Shown here piece after piece: positions 1 to 7,599 of a stretch of DNA of 21,380 nt. The position numbers and the translations under genes were made by a program. Every line of letters begins with the position of its first letter. The stretch's first letter is position 1. This stretch comes from Deinococcales bacterium (GTDB lineage: Bacteria; Deinococcota; Deinococci; Deinococcales; JAAFIG01): the NCBI GenBank assembly GCA_031414595.1, contig JANNVX010000071.1:1-21380 (forward strand), given 5' to 3'. Under the pieces are notes generated by a model that did no database searches, was not told the origin of the DNA, and saw only the letters and a list, made by a program, of their open reading frames with translations.

Positions 1-188
1 TTCATTAAGTGACTGGTACAGCCGTAACATCATATTTTTGACTTTTAGTGAGTAGGTCTGCATTCAAATGACTTTACCAAACCGAGAACCGAATGACACT
101 ATTCTTGAAATCGGGAAGTTATTCTGGGACAAATCCTAAGATTCTTCCTATCGAATTATTTGAAATGGGTATGTTGTACAAAAATTAA

Positions 189-215
189 AGAACGAAAGCA
201 AAATGCTTTCGTTCT
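189..215 (-). terminator. Intrinsic terminator downstream of the RNase R-like gene (possibly bidirectional)
   Basis: Perfect 12-bp stem AGAACGAAAGCA/TGCTTTCGTTCT with a 3-nt loop, A/T runs on both sides, 12 nt past the stop codon at 228. Confidence 0.8.
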
Positions 216-227
216 ATTTTAATTATT

Positions 228-3200
228 TTATGCGGCTGGTGTTTTACGGACGTTTGGACGGCGGCGTGAACGGTAGGCTGGCTTGGTCACTTCGGTGGTC
301 TCGAGAATAACAGGTTCAGCAACTGGGGCTGGAGCATTCTGAGCGCGGTTAGCATTGCGTTCAAGCGCTTGCATCTGGCGTTGCCTTAAGGCTTCGATTC
401 TCGAGTTGCGGCTGGTGTCTGGTTGGGCAGCAGCAACATGGCTTGGGCGGCGCGGCGGAGTTGACACGGCGGCGTTTTCAGGGCGCAGTGGGTGCGGACG
501 GCGTTGATTGGGATTATTTTCGACTCTAGCAGGGCGTGGTTGACTTCCAGCGAGACGTGGTTCACTTCCAGCGAGACGTGGTTCACTTGGGCGGCGCACT
601 TCGGCATTGCCTTTTTGGGGCGGTCGGTTGTGGCGCGGGGCGGGGCGTGTCCCCATTTCAAACTCTGGATTTTCGCCCTCGAGTTCGACAAATTTTTCTC
701 TGCTCCATTCACCAAAGTAAAGTTTGCGAGCGGTGATTCTGACTGGACGGGGATATTCGGCTCGAGGGCGGTTGCCTAAGACAACCACGCCCCTTCGGGT
801 GATGGTTTTGCCTACGCTTGGTTTAGCTCCTGCTATTGCAGGGCTACTCGCGTTTGCGCCCGGTTTACGGCGGCGCAATCTACTCATGTGGGACTCCTTT
901 TGGTGCAAGACAAGTTGTGCCTCGCGGGTGGCAGGGCGGGTTTTTTCAACCACAACCCGAACAATACTGCCCGGCTTAAAGACCCTGCCGAGGCGGGTTT
1001 TCCATTGGTGTGGCGAGTGCGTCGCTTCTTCACCAAGGTCTTCTAAAGTTAATTTACCAATTGCGCCGTTCTCGAGAACAATTTCTAAGGCAAATTCGGT
1101 AATCCCAATCACCACACCACGCATTGGATAGGTTTGGTTGAGGTTTTTAATCAGTTGAAACTGCTCTAAATTCGCTTGGGCATTTTGGACATTTTGTTCT
1201 AAGCGTTGCAAATTGGCAGCAATATTTGGCAGATTCTCGAGCAAATTCTCGCGTTTGCGTTGCGATAATTTGGTGGCACACCAGCCTAGGATTCGGATAT
1301 TGATAAAGTCGGCGGCTCGAGTCAGTGGGTTTTGCAGCACCAAACCTTCACTGGCTGCACTTGAATGAATGGCTTGTAAACTGCTGGGTTGAGTCAGCTT
1401 GTAGTTCAGGGTACGAATCACAAGGCTATTTGGGTCAAAACCACTCGAACGCTCCAAAGCCGATGGCAGTTCTGGACTGGTTTTACCTGCCACGCGGTAC
1501 AGTGCCGTCACATCCGAAGCCGCGATTGCTGTGGCACAAAGTCGGGCAGCAAGGGTTAAAGCACTGTCTAAACCACCAATTTGTTTAATCAAATTCTGCT
1601 CGAGTTCGGTGGCTTCTTTTAAGTATGCCACCACGCCAACCACACTCGGACGCACCACATAATTGACCAAATCGCCAGTGCTGCTGGTTTCGATTAAAAC
1701 CGACAAGGCTAGGCGCTCAGAATCTGGCACAAACTGGATTGCGTTTAGAAGCGAACTTGGAAAAAGTGGAATTTGAAAGCCCCCAAGGTTGCAAGCTGCG
1801 CCTCGTTGCAGCAGTACCTTCTCGAGGGCAGTGTTTTCGTCTATCCAGTGTGGCGCATCGGCATAATGAATCGCCAGTAAAACATTGCCGTTGCCCAAAG
1901 GTTCAATTTGTAAAGCAAGCTCTAAACTGGGCAGGGTATAGACCCGTTTGCCGCGTAAATCAATGCGTCCTTTGAGGTCTTTAGCCGTGATGATGCCAAG
2001 TTTAGGCAGTTCTTTTAGTACCTCACTAGAAAAGGCTTCAGGTAGCCCAAAGCGTGTCATTACAGCCGCCCGTTCAGCTTCGATAGAACTGGCATCCCCT
2101 AGAACACTTTTGACTCGAGCCACAGCTTCATCTTCGCCCGTGTCTTCTGGGTAGAGAATATCGGCAACCAAACGCGTTCCCGCACTTAAATCGTTTGCCT
2201 CTAAGGTCAGGCTTGGCAGATGGGTTTCATCTGGGCGCAACAGCGCATAACCTCGTTTATACTCGAGTGTTCCAGTCAGGGTTTCTCTGGCGCGTTCCAA
2301 GACCCGAATCACTTCGCCTTCGCTCTGCCCATTGCGCCGCAATTCCCTTGCGACCACACGGTCATTGTGCCAAGCAAATAAAAGCGACGCACTTGGAATC
2401 AGCATTGAACGCAACCCCGGTGTATCTGGGGTAAACCAACCTGAGCCATCAGCACGAATCTCGAGCCGCCCGACCACTGGTATCAATTCACGACTTGGTT
2501 GAAACATCCCACGTTTTGGGGCAATTAAATAGCCCATCCGTTCAAGACTTGCCACCGCATCCTCGAGTCCTTTGCGTCCGCCTAGCCGTTCAAGCAAGGC
2601 TTGGTCAAGGTCAGCCGATAATTCACGGCTATTTAAGCCATTTGGATTGGCTCTAAAATGCTCGAGCAGTGCTTCAAAGGGGTTATACAACGCGCCTTGG
2701 TAGGAAAAAAGATGTTCCTTGGCTTCGCGCCGCAAGCGCACCAATTTTTTAGCGATTGGCGCTTCGGGGATGACTTCTAGTGTTTCTGGATTCAGGGTTG
2801 GGGTACTGGTTTCGGACAATTCTGGGTCTGGCAAACCCTCGAGCGCTTCTGGCTTGGGTAGGTTTGGCTTGCGCCCTCGAGTCTTAACCACTGGAATAAC
2901 TGGTGTGGGGTCAGCGACTTTTTTGGGTCTGCCTCGAGTCTTGGCTTTGGGGGCTTCTGGGATTACTTCAACAGGCTGTATTTGGATTGGTTCTGGAATT
3001 GGTTCAACAACTTGTTTTGGAATTGGTTCAACAACTTGTTTTTTGGCTCTACCTCGAGTTTTTGCTAGAGGTATGATGGTTTCCGTCAATATTTCTGGGA
3101 CTTCAATCACCTTTGGGGCTTTTTTCGCTTCTTGTTCTAAGGTAATGCTTGGCAATGTCTCTTTTTTTAGTCGTCTTCGCTTGACTGGCTCGAGAACTGG

Positions 3201-3395
3201 CTCAGACACAAGCTCACTAACTGGCTCAGACACAGGCTCAGAGACCGCCACTTTACGCCGACGCACTTTTGCAACAACCTCTTTTGGATTAAGGGTTACT
3301 TCTGGTATGGCTTGGAGAGTGGCTTCAAAAAGCGGCTTGACTTCGGACTCTTCTGGTTTTTTACGTTTACGAACAGATTGACTTGAGGTGCTAAT
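228..3395 (-). CDS. rnr: RNase R-like (RNB-family) protein, apparently catalytically degenerate, with long low-complexity N- and C-terminal extensions
   Basis: HTH-like segment (LERMGYLIAPKRG), cold-shock/OB domains (GRLEIRADGSGWFTPD; AWHNDRV..GEVIRVLERA..LTGTL), RNB landmarks (RFGLPEAFS, RIDLRG, IHYADAPHWI, ERLALSV) and an S1-like domain (GVVIGITEFALEIVLENGAIG). ORF-track start is GTG at 3266, but the frame is open up to ATT at 3395, 5 nt after a TAAGGAG Shine-Dalgarno. Confidence 0.8.
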   Translation of the reverse strand: MSTSSQSVRKRKKPEESEVKPLFEATLQAIPEVTLNPKEVVAKVRRRKVAVSEPVSEPVSELVSEPVLEPVKRRRLKKETLPSITLEQEAKKAPKVIEVPEILTETIIPLAKTRGRAKKQVVEPIPKQVVEPIPEPIQIQPVEVIPEAPKAKTRGRPKKVADPTPVIPVVKTRGRKPNLPKPEALEGLPDPELSETSTPTLNPETLEVIPEAPIAKKLVRLRREAKEHLFSYQGALYNPFEALLEHFRANPNGLNSRELSADLDQALLERLGGRKGLEDAVASLERMGYLIAPKRGMFQPSRELIPVVGRLEIRADGSGWFTPDTPGLRSMLIPSASLLFAWHNDRVVARELRRNGQSEGEVIRVLERARETLTGTLEYKRGYALLRPDETHLPSLTLEANDLSAGTRLVADILYPEDTGEDEAVARVKSVLGDASSIEAERAAVMTRFGLPEAFSSEVLKELPKLGIITAKDLKGRIDLRGKRVYTLPSLELALQIEPLGNGNVLLAIHYADAPHWIDENTALEKVLLQRGAACNLGGFQIPLFPSSLLNAIQFVPDSERLALSVLIETSSTGDLVNYVVRPSVVGVVAYLKEATELEQNLIKQIGGLDSALTLAARLCATAIAASDVTALYRVAGKTSPELPSALERSSGFDPNSLVIRTLNYKLTQPSSLQAIHSSAASEGLVLQNPLTRAADFINIRILGWCATKLSQRKRENLLENLPNIAANLQRLEQNVQNAQANLEQFQLIKNLNQTYPMRGVVIGITEFALEIVLENGAIGKLTLEDLGEEATHSPHQWKTRLGRVFKPGSIVRVVVEKTRPATREAQLVLHQKESHMSRLRRRKPGANASSPAIAGAKPSVGKTITRRGVVVLGNRPRAEYPRPVRITARKLYFGEWSREKFVELEGENPEFEMGTRPAPRHNRPPQKGNAEVRRPSEPRLAGSEPRLAGSQPRPARVENNPNQRRPHPLRPENAAVSTPPRRPSHVAAAQPDTSRNSRIEALRQRQMQALERNANRAQNAPAPVAEPVILETTEVTKPAYRSRRRPNVRKTPAA
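535..588. repeat. 21-bp in-frame tandem repeat (about 2.6 copies, SEPRLAG)
   Basis: CGTGGTTGACTTCCAGCGAGA, CGTGGTTCACTTCCAGCGAGA, CGTGGTTCACTT. Confidence 0.9.
2994..3041. repeat. 24-bp perfect in-frame duplication (KQVVEPIP x2)
   Basis: TGGAATTGGTTCAACAACTTGTTT repeated twice. Confidence 0.9.
3183..3246. repeat. Degenerate 12-bp in-frame repeat (VSEP-like x5)
   Basis: Protein VSEPVSEPVSELVSEPVLEPV; DNA units such as CTGGCTCAGACA. Confidence 0.75.
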
Positions 3396-3533
3396 GGTAA
3401 CTCCTTACGCAATACATCAGTCTGGCGCGTGGCTGGACACGCGGCGCATAAGACCAAATGCGCGTTTTACAGTTGGCATTGTCAGGGATTACGATAACTC
3501 GGCACAAGTGACGCAAAGCCCTATCGAGGGTAG

Positions 3534-3542
3534 AGTATAGCA
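3534..3542 (-). promoter_or_regulatory. Extended -10 promoter for the RNase R-like gene
   Basis: TGcTATACT on the minus strand, predicting a 5' leader of about 130 nt. Confidence 0.55.
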
Positions 3543-3552
3543 TAATTTGGTA

Positions 3553-3954
3553 CTACTCGAGCAATTCACGTAAATACTGGGGAATTGGAATGGCTCTTTT
3601 CTCGAAATCGGTGGCGATATGTTCGGTTGAACCCTCCGCAATCAGTGCCGAGTCGGTTTGACGCTCGATGGCATATTCAAAGCGCACCAAACGCGATTTT
3701 AATGCACCAACCCGAGTGGTCAGTAGCAATTCATCATCAAAAACGGCGGCTCGGCGGTACTTAACGGCTGCACCAGAAACCACCAATAAGACCCCCCGTT
3801 TTTCGACTTCGCGGTAAGGCAACCCTAATTGGGTAAGAAAATCCACCCTGCCCATCTCGAGCCAAACCAAGTAATTGCTGTGATGAGCGATTCCCATTGC
3901 GTCAGTCTCGGCGTAACGCACCCGGAACCGAGTTTGTGATTGTTTAACTGGCAT
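3553..3954 (-). CDS. Acyl-CoA thioesterase, YbgC/FadM (4HBT hot-dog) family
   Basis: Motif RVRYAETDAMGIAHHSNYLVWLEMGR and YRRAAVFDDEL. Start chosen at ATG 3954 (TATGCT + 7 nt, leaderless pattern); the ORF track starts at 3966. Confidence 0.9.
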   Translation of the reverse strand: MPVKQSQTRFRVRYAETDAMGIAHHSNYLVWLEMGRVDFLTQLGLPYREVEKRGVLLVVSGAAVKYRRAAVFDDELLLTTRVGALKSRLVRFEYAIERQTDSALIAEGSTEHIATDFEKRAIPIPQYLRELLE

Positions 3955-4045
3955 GTGCAGCAGCATACACCGCTTAATGGCTTAGACTACAAAGTTTGCA
4001 AAAGTAAAGAAGCATGTCATAATCCCCATCAATGAGGAATACAGG

Positions 4046-4843
4046 GTGTTAAAAGGGAATGTCAGCGATTTTCCGTTGGTCAGCATATTGCAAATGCTTG
4101 AACGCGACACACGAACCGGTTCGGTGCGGCTCGAGTATGCCCAAGGCGCACTGATTAGCGTCATTGCTGGCAAGGTTGTCCATGCTATCTACCCACCTTC
4201 TAAGGGTGAGCGAGCTTTAAGTTTAATCTCGAGTTTTCAAAGTGCAGCTTTTGAATTCTTTGAGAATAAATTACCCAACGAACAAACGATTAAACGCCCA
4301 ATGCAATTATTACTGATGGAACTACACAGCGAAAACCTCGAGTGGAAAAAAATTCGCCATCGCCTAAAAAATTGGACACTCGCCCCACAATGGGTTGGGG
4401 CAATCCCGAGCGGTAACAACCCTGAACGGCTCGAGGTCATCGGCTTAATAGACGGAATACGCAGCATCGAAGATATTATTCATATTTGTGATTTACCGCC
4501 ACGCCGCACTGCCGAAATTTTAGTCGAATTTACCAATGAACGCCTTGTGCTGCTTGGCAGTGCCAGTCAGATTACCCAGCCGCTCGAGTTGATGGTCTTA
4601 CCGATTTTTGCCCCAGATGAAGCCACGATTTTTGTAGACCAAACCTTGTACGACCAATGGAAAGCCATTTATGGGACAGTTCTCGCCACCGTCATCAGTC
4701 AAAAAGGAGACCGACAAATGTTTCGAGTCAGGGGACGCGAAAACAGTTTAGGGCGAGTCCAAATGGCTGAAATTGCGGTTAGAAAACTCAAATTGGCTCG
4801 CGGTGTCAAGGTCAGAATCGTTCCATCTGGCGGTACACGCTAA
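4046..4843 (+). CDS. DUF4388 (PATAN-like) domain protein
   Basis: N-terminal LKGNVSDFPLVSILQMLERDTRTGSVRL..GKVVHA; central wHTH-like IDGIRSIEDI; GAGG SD before GTG. Confidence 0.8.
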   Translation: MLKGNVSDFPLVSILQMLERDTRTGSVRLEYAQGALISVIAGKVVHAIYPPSKGERALSLISSFQSAAFEFFENKLPNEQTIKRPMQLLLMELHSENLEWKKIRHRLKNWTLAPQWVGAIPSGNNPERLEVIGLIDGIRSIEDIIHICDLPPRRTAEILVEFTNERLVLLGSASQITQPLELMVLPIFAPDEATIFVDQTLYDQWKAIYGTVLATVISQKGDRQMFRVRGRENSLGRVQMAEIAVRKLKLARGVKVRIVPSGGTR

Positions 4844-4872
4844 AAAGTTGCTTAAGAAAGCACCGCAAATGC

Positions 4873-4878
4873 TACAGT
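4873..4878 (+). promoter_or_regulatory. Extended -10 element, leaderless start of the symporter gene
   Basis: TGc-TACAGT followed by 6 nt and ATG 4885; no SD. Confidence 0.55.
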
Positions 4879-4884
4879 ATAAGC

Positions 4885-6333
4885 ATGAGTCCCGATTTGC
4901 TCCGCGCCTTGATTTTGGTTGTACCAGTATTACTGGCTGCTATTTTGTACACCGTCATCAGTGGTGGAATTCAATTCAGCAAACTTGGTTTTATTATTAC
5001 CGAAACAATTGGCGCTATCCGCGAACGACACTTTGGCTCGAGTGGACAAATCAGTGCTTATCAAGCCACGATGATTGCCCTATGCGGCACAGTTGGCACT
5101 GGCAGCATCATTGGCGTGACGGCTGGAATTTTACTCGGCGGTCCTGGGGCAATTTTATGGATGTGGATTTTTGGTTTACTGGCAATGGCATTAAAGTTTG
5201 GCGAAGTGGTTTTAGCCCAGCACCTGCGGCGCATTTACAGCGATGGCAGTGTCCTTGGAGGACCATTTTTGTACATTGCTAGGGGCGTACTCCCCGCCCC
5301 ACTCGGTAAATTTTTGGGCGCAGCTTTTGCTTTACTCTCTATTATTGCCGCCTTTGCGCTTGGCAACCTCGCCCAAATTTCAGGGGCAACCACTGCCCTA
5401 GAAGCCAGCTTTGAACTTCGCCCAGTCTTCTCGAGCCTGATTTTAGCAATTGTTGTCTTAATTATTCTTGGCGGCGGGGCAATTAGAATCGCTCGAGTGG
5501 CACAAGTTTTATTCCCCTTGATGCTTGGCTTATACACCATTTTAGCCTTGGGTTTAATCATTAAAAACATTGGGGTTCTGCCTAGTGCTTTTATCAGCAT
5601 TTTCACCAGTTCGGTGTCGTTTAATGCTGCTGCTGCTGGAGGAACTGGCTACGCCCTTTTTGCGATTGTTTCTCAGGGTTTTGCCCGAAGTATTTTTGCC
5701 ACCAACGCTGGCTTTGGCATCTCGAGTATCGCTCACGCCCAAGCCCAAGTAGACCACCCTGTCAGGCAAGGATTTTGGGGTGTGGTTGAAGTTTTTGTGG
5801 CGATGTTTGTCTCGAGCCTGACTGCCTTAGCGGTACTGACTGTCCCCGCAGCTTGGCAAGGCATGTCCGAAGCGATTCCAGCCGAAGCCGTGACCAGTGC
5901 TTTTCGCAGCCTTGGGGTGGTTGGCACAAACTTCAATGAACAATGGGCTGGCTTAGGGACTGGCACATTGGCTGTGGCATTAACGCTTTTTGCGATTGCC
6001 ACCACGATTGCTTGGGCATTTTATGCCGAAGAAGCCTTTGGGCATTTATTTGGTGACGGAATGCGCTGGTCGGTACGCCTCGTTTGGGTCGGGATGATTT
6101 TCTTAGCCCCGTTTATTGTGGTTGAGTACGGTACGTTTATCTCGAGCGCCGAGTTTTTACTGGCAATTATGGCAATCCCTAATATTATCGCCTTGTTTGT
6201 GCTGATGCCTGTGGTACAAAAATTAACCAGAGGTTTTTTCCAAGGCGAATTTTACCAAGCCCCAGACGCACCAACATCTCGTCCAGTCACCCAAGAAGAT
6301 GCCTATGACAGTATGGAATTTAATTTGGACTAA
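4885..6333 (+). CDS. Alanine/glycine:cation symporter (AGCS) family amino-acid carrier
   Basis: ALCGTVGTGSIIGV, GGPGAILWMWI, GGPFLYI, GFARSIFATNAGFG, HPVRQG and MAIPNIIAL motifs; multiple TM segments. Confidence 0.92.
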   Translation: MSPDLLRALILVVPVLLAAILYTVISGGIQFSKLGFIITETIGAIRERHFGSSGQISAYQATMIALCGTVGTGSIIGVTAGILLGGPGAILWMWIFGLLAMALKFGEVVLAQHLRRIYSDGSVLGGPFLYIARGVLPAPLGKFLGAAFALLSIIAAFALGNLAQISGATTALEASFELRPVFSSLILAIVVLIILGGGAIRIARVAQVLFPLMLGLYTILALGLIIKNIGVLPSAFISIFTSSVSFNAAAAGGTGYALFAIVSQGFARSIFATNAGFGISSIAHAQAQVDHPVRQGFWGVVEVFVAMFVSSLTALAVLTVPAAWQGMSEAIPAEAVTSAFRSLGVVGTNFNEQWAGLGTGTLAVALTLFAIATTIAWAFYAEEAFGHLFGDGMRWSVRLVWVGMIFLAPFIVVEYGTFISSAEFLLAIMAIPNIIALFVLMPVVQKLTRGFFQGEFYQAPDAPTSRPVTQEDAYDSMEFNLD

Positions 6334-6405
6334 TACCGTCTTTATTTAGATACTATGCAATCCGCAAAAAACGCGGATTGCTCCGTACCTGTCAAAGACG
6401 GTATT
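6332..6405. repeat. Nested inverted-repeat element (MITE/REP-like or terminator structure)
   Basis: Outer arms AATACCGTCTTT (6332-6343) and AAAGACGGTATT (6394-6405); inner stem GCAATCCGC (6357-6365) and GCGGATTGC (6373-6381). Confidence 0.65.
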
Positions 6406-6478
6406 TATTGATACTCCTTTTAGTCGGGAAGTTCTACGAACTTCCTCAATTTGGTATAATCCTTAAGAAATTCCATGT

Positions 6479-6484
6479 TAATCT
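6479..6484 (+). promoter_or_regulatory. Extended -10 element, leaderless start of the DinB operon
   Basis: TGt-TAATCT + 6 nt + ATG 6491; a second TGgTATAAT at 6452-6460. Confidence 0.5.
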
Positions 6485-6490
6485 AGCCCT

Positions 6491-6973
6491 ATGGATGCAA
6501 AAACCCTTTTGGTTGAACAAATGACACGAACATCTAAAGTATTCTTAAAGACCTTAGAAGAATTCCCCGAAGAAAAATTTTTTGCCGACTTACCCAGTGG
6601 CGGTAATAGCGTGGCGTGGAATGCGCTGCACCTTGCAGACTGGGCGCAAATTCTTGTACCCGCCAAGCTCGAGTCTGTGGATACAGCCTTAAAATTTGCT
6701 TACCTTGGTTGGGAAGAAGCTGATTTTGCCAAAGCAGTCTACGGTCTTGGGTCGGTGAGTCTAAACAGCAGCAAAGCCGAAATTATTGCCCACACCAAAC
6801 TGCAACTCGAGCGAGCCGCCACTGACTTAGCCCAAGCCGAACCAACCCAACTCGAGGAGATGGTGCAAACCCCCATGGGTGAGCGTAAATTGTTGGCAAT
6901 CATCATCACCCATGTGGCGCATGTACCGTATCATTATGGACAGATTAAACTTAGTGGTAAGCAACTCCTGTGA
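6491..6973 (+). CDS. DinB/YfiT-superfamily protein
   Basis: NSVAWNALHL and C-terminal HVAHVPYHYGQI give the His triad pattern of DinB four-helix bundles; 160 aa. Confidence 0.85.
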   Translation: MDAKTLLVEQMTRTSKVFLKTLEEFPEEKFFADLPSGGNSVAWNALHLADWAQILVPAKLESVDTALKFAYLGWEEADFAKAVYGLGSVSLNSSKAEIIAHTKLQLERAATDLAQAEPTQLEEMVQTPMGERKLLAIIITHVAHVPYHYGQIKLSGKQLL

Positions 6974-7599
6974 GTCTGATTTTAGAAGTCGAGAACTTAA
7001 ATGTCACCCTGTCTGGTACAAAAATTCTCGAGGAGATTGGTTTTAATGTCGAAGCTGGGGCGTTACTGCGTTTTACGGGTCGAAATGGCGCAGGCAAGAG
7101 TACCTTGTTACGGGCAATTGCTGGGCTAATTCCGTTTGTCGGGCAGGTGCTGATTGACAGAGCGAAACCGATGACCTTAGCCGCCAAGAAAAAAACTTTG
7201 TTTGTGCCGGACGAAGCAGCCCTCTATGAGGATTTAACGGTTTTAGAACACGCCCAATTTGTGGCACGGCTGTACGAGCAACCGCAAGCCGAGATGCAAA
7301 TTCAGCTTTGGCTCGAGAAGTTTTTTTTAACCAACCGCCTTAAAGATGTGCCTTCCGAGTTCTCGAGGGGAATGCGACAAAAATTATCGTTATCTTTAGC
7401 CCTTGGTTTAGAAGCACCACTGTTAATGCTCGACGAACCTTTTAATGCCCTTGACCAAGATGCCCAAATTGCACTGGGCGCAGCCCTCGAAGCCCGAGCC
7501 GAGGCAGGGGGCTGCGTGCTTTTTAGCGCTCATCAGTTGGATTTACCTTTTTCTAACGCCAGTGTTCTAGCCCTCGAGAACGGGCGGTTGCTCGAGTGA
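6970..7599 (+). CDS. ABC transporter ATP-binding protein (EcsA/CcmA-like)
   Basis: Walker A GRNGAGKST, signature FSRGMRQ, Walker B LLMLDEP, H-loop SAH; GTGA overlap with the DinB gene. Confidence 0.92.
   Translation: MSLILEVENLNVTLSGTKILEEIGFNVEAGALLRFTGRNGAGKSTLLRAIAGLIPFVGQVLIDRAKPMTLAAKKKTLFVPDEAALYEDLTVLEHAQFVARLYEQPQAEMQIQLWLEKFFLTNRLKDVPSEFSRGMRQKLSLSLALGLEAPLLMLDEPFNALDQDAQIALGAALEARAEAGGCVLFSAHQLDLPFSNASVLALENGRLLE

Noticed and set aside
1-188. Short plus-strand ORFs (68-139, 93-188) in the AT-rich left end
   Set aside because: Only 23-31 codons, no SD or recognisable motif; cannot be supported.
535-588. Tandem repeat considered as a CRISPR remnant
   Set aside because: No spacers; unit is a multiple of 3 inside a coding region; no cas genes.
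2719-3381. 220-aa plus-strand ORF antisense to the RNase R-like N-terminus
   Set aside because: Shadow of a low-complexity coding strand; TTG start without SD; no family features.
4773-5282. 169-aa alternative-frame ORF overlapping the DUF4388 and symporter genes
   Set aside because: Overlaps two well-supported genes on the same strand, with atypical W/H/C-rich composition.
6491-6973. DinB as DNA polymerase IV (dinB)
   Set aside because: The 160-aa helical DinB/YfiT family is unrelated to Y-family polymerases, so no gene symbol is given.
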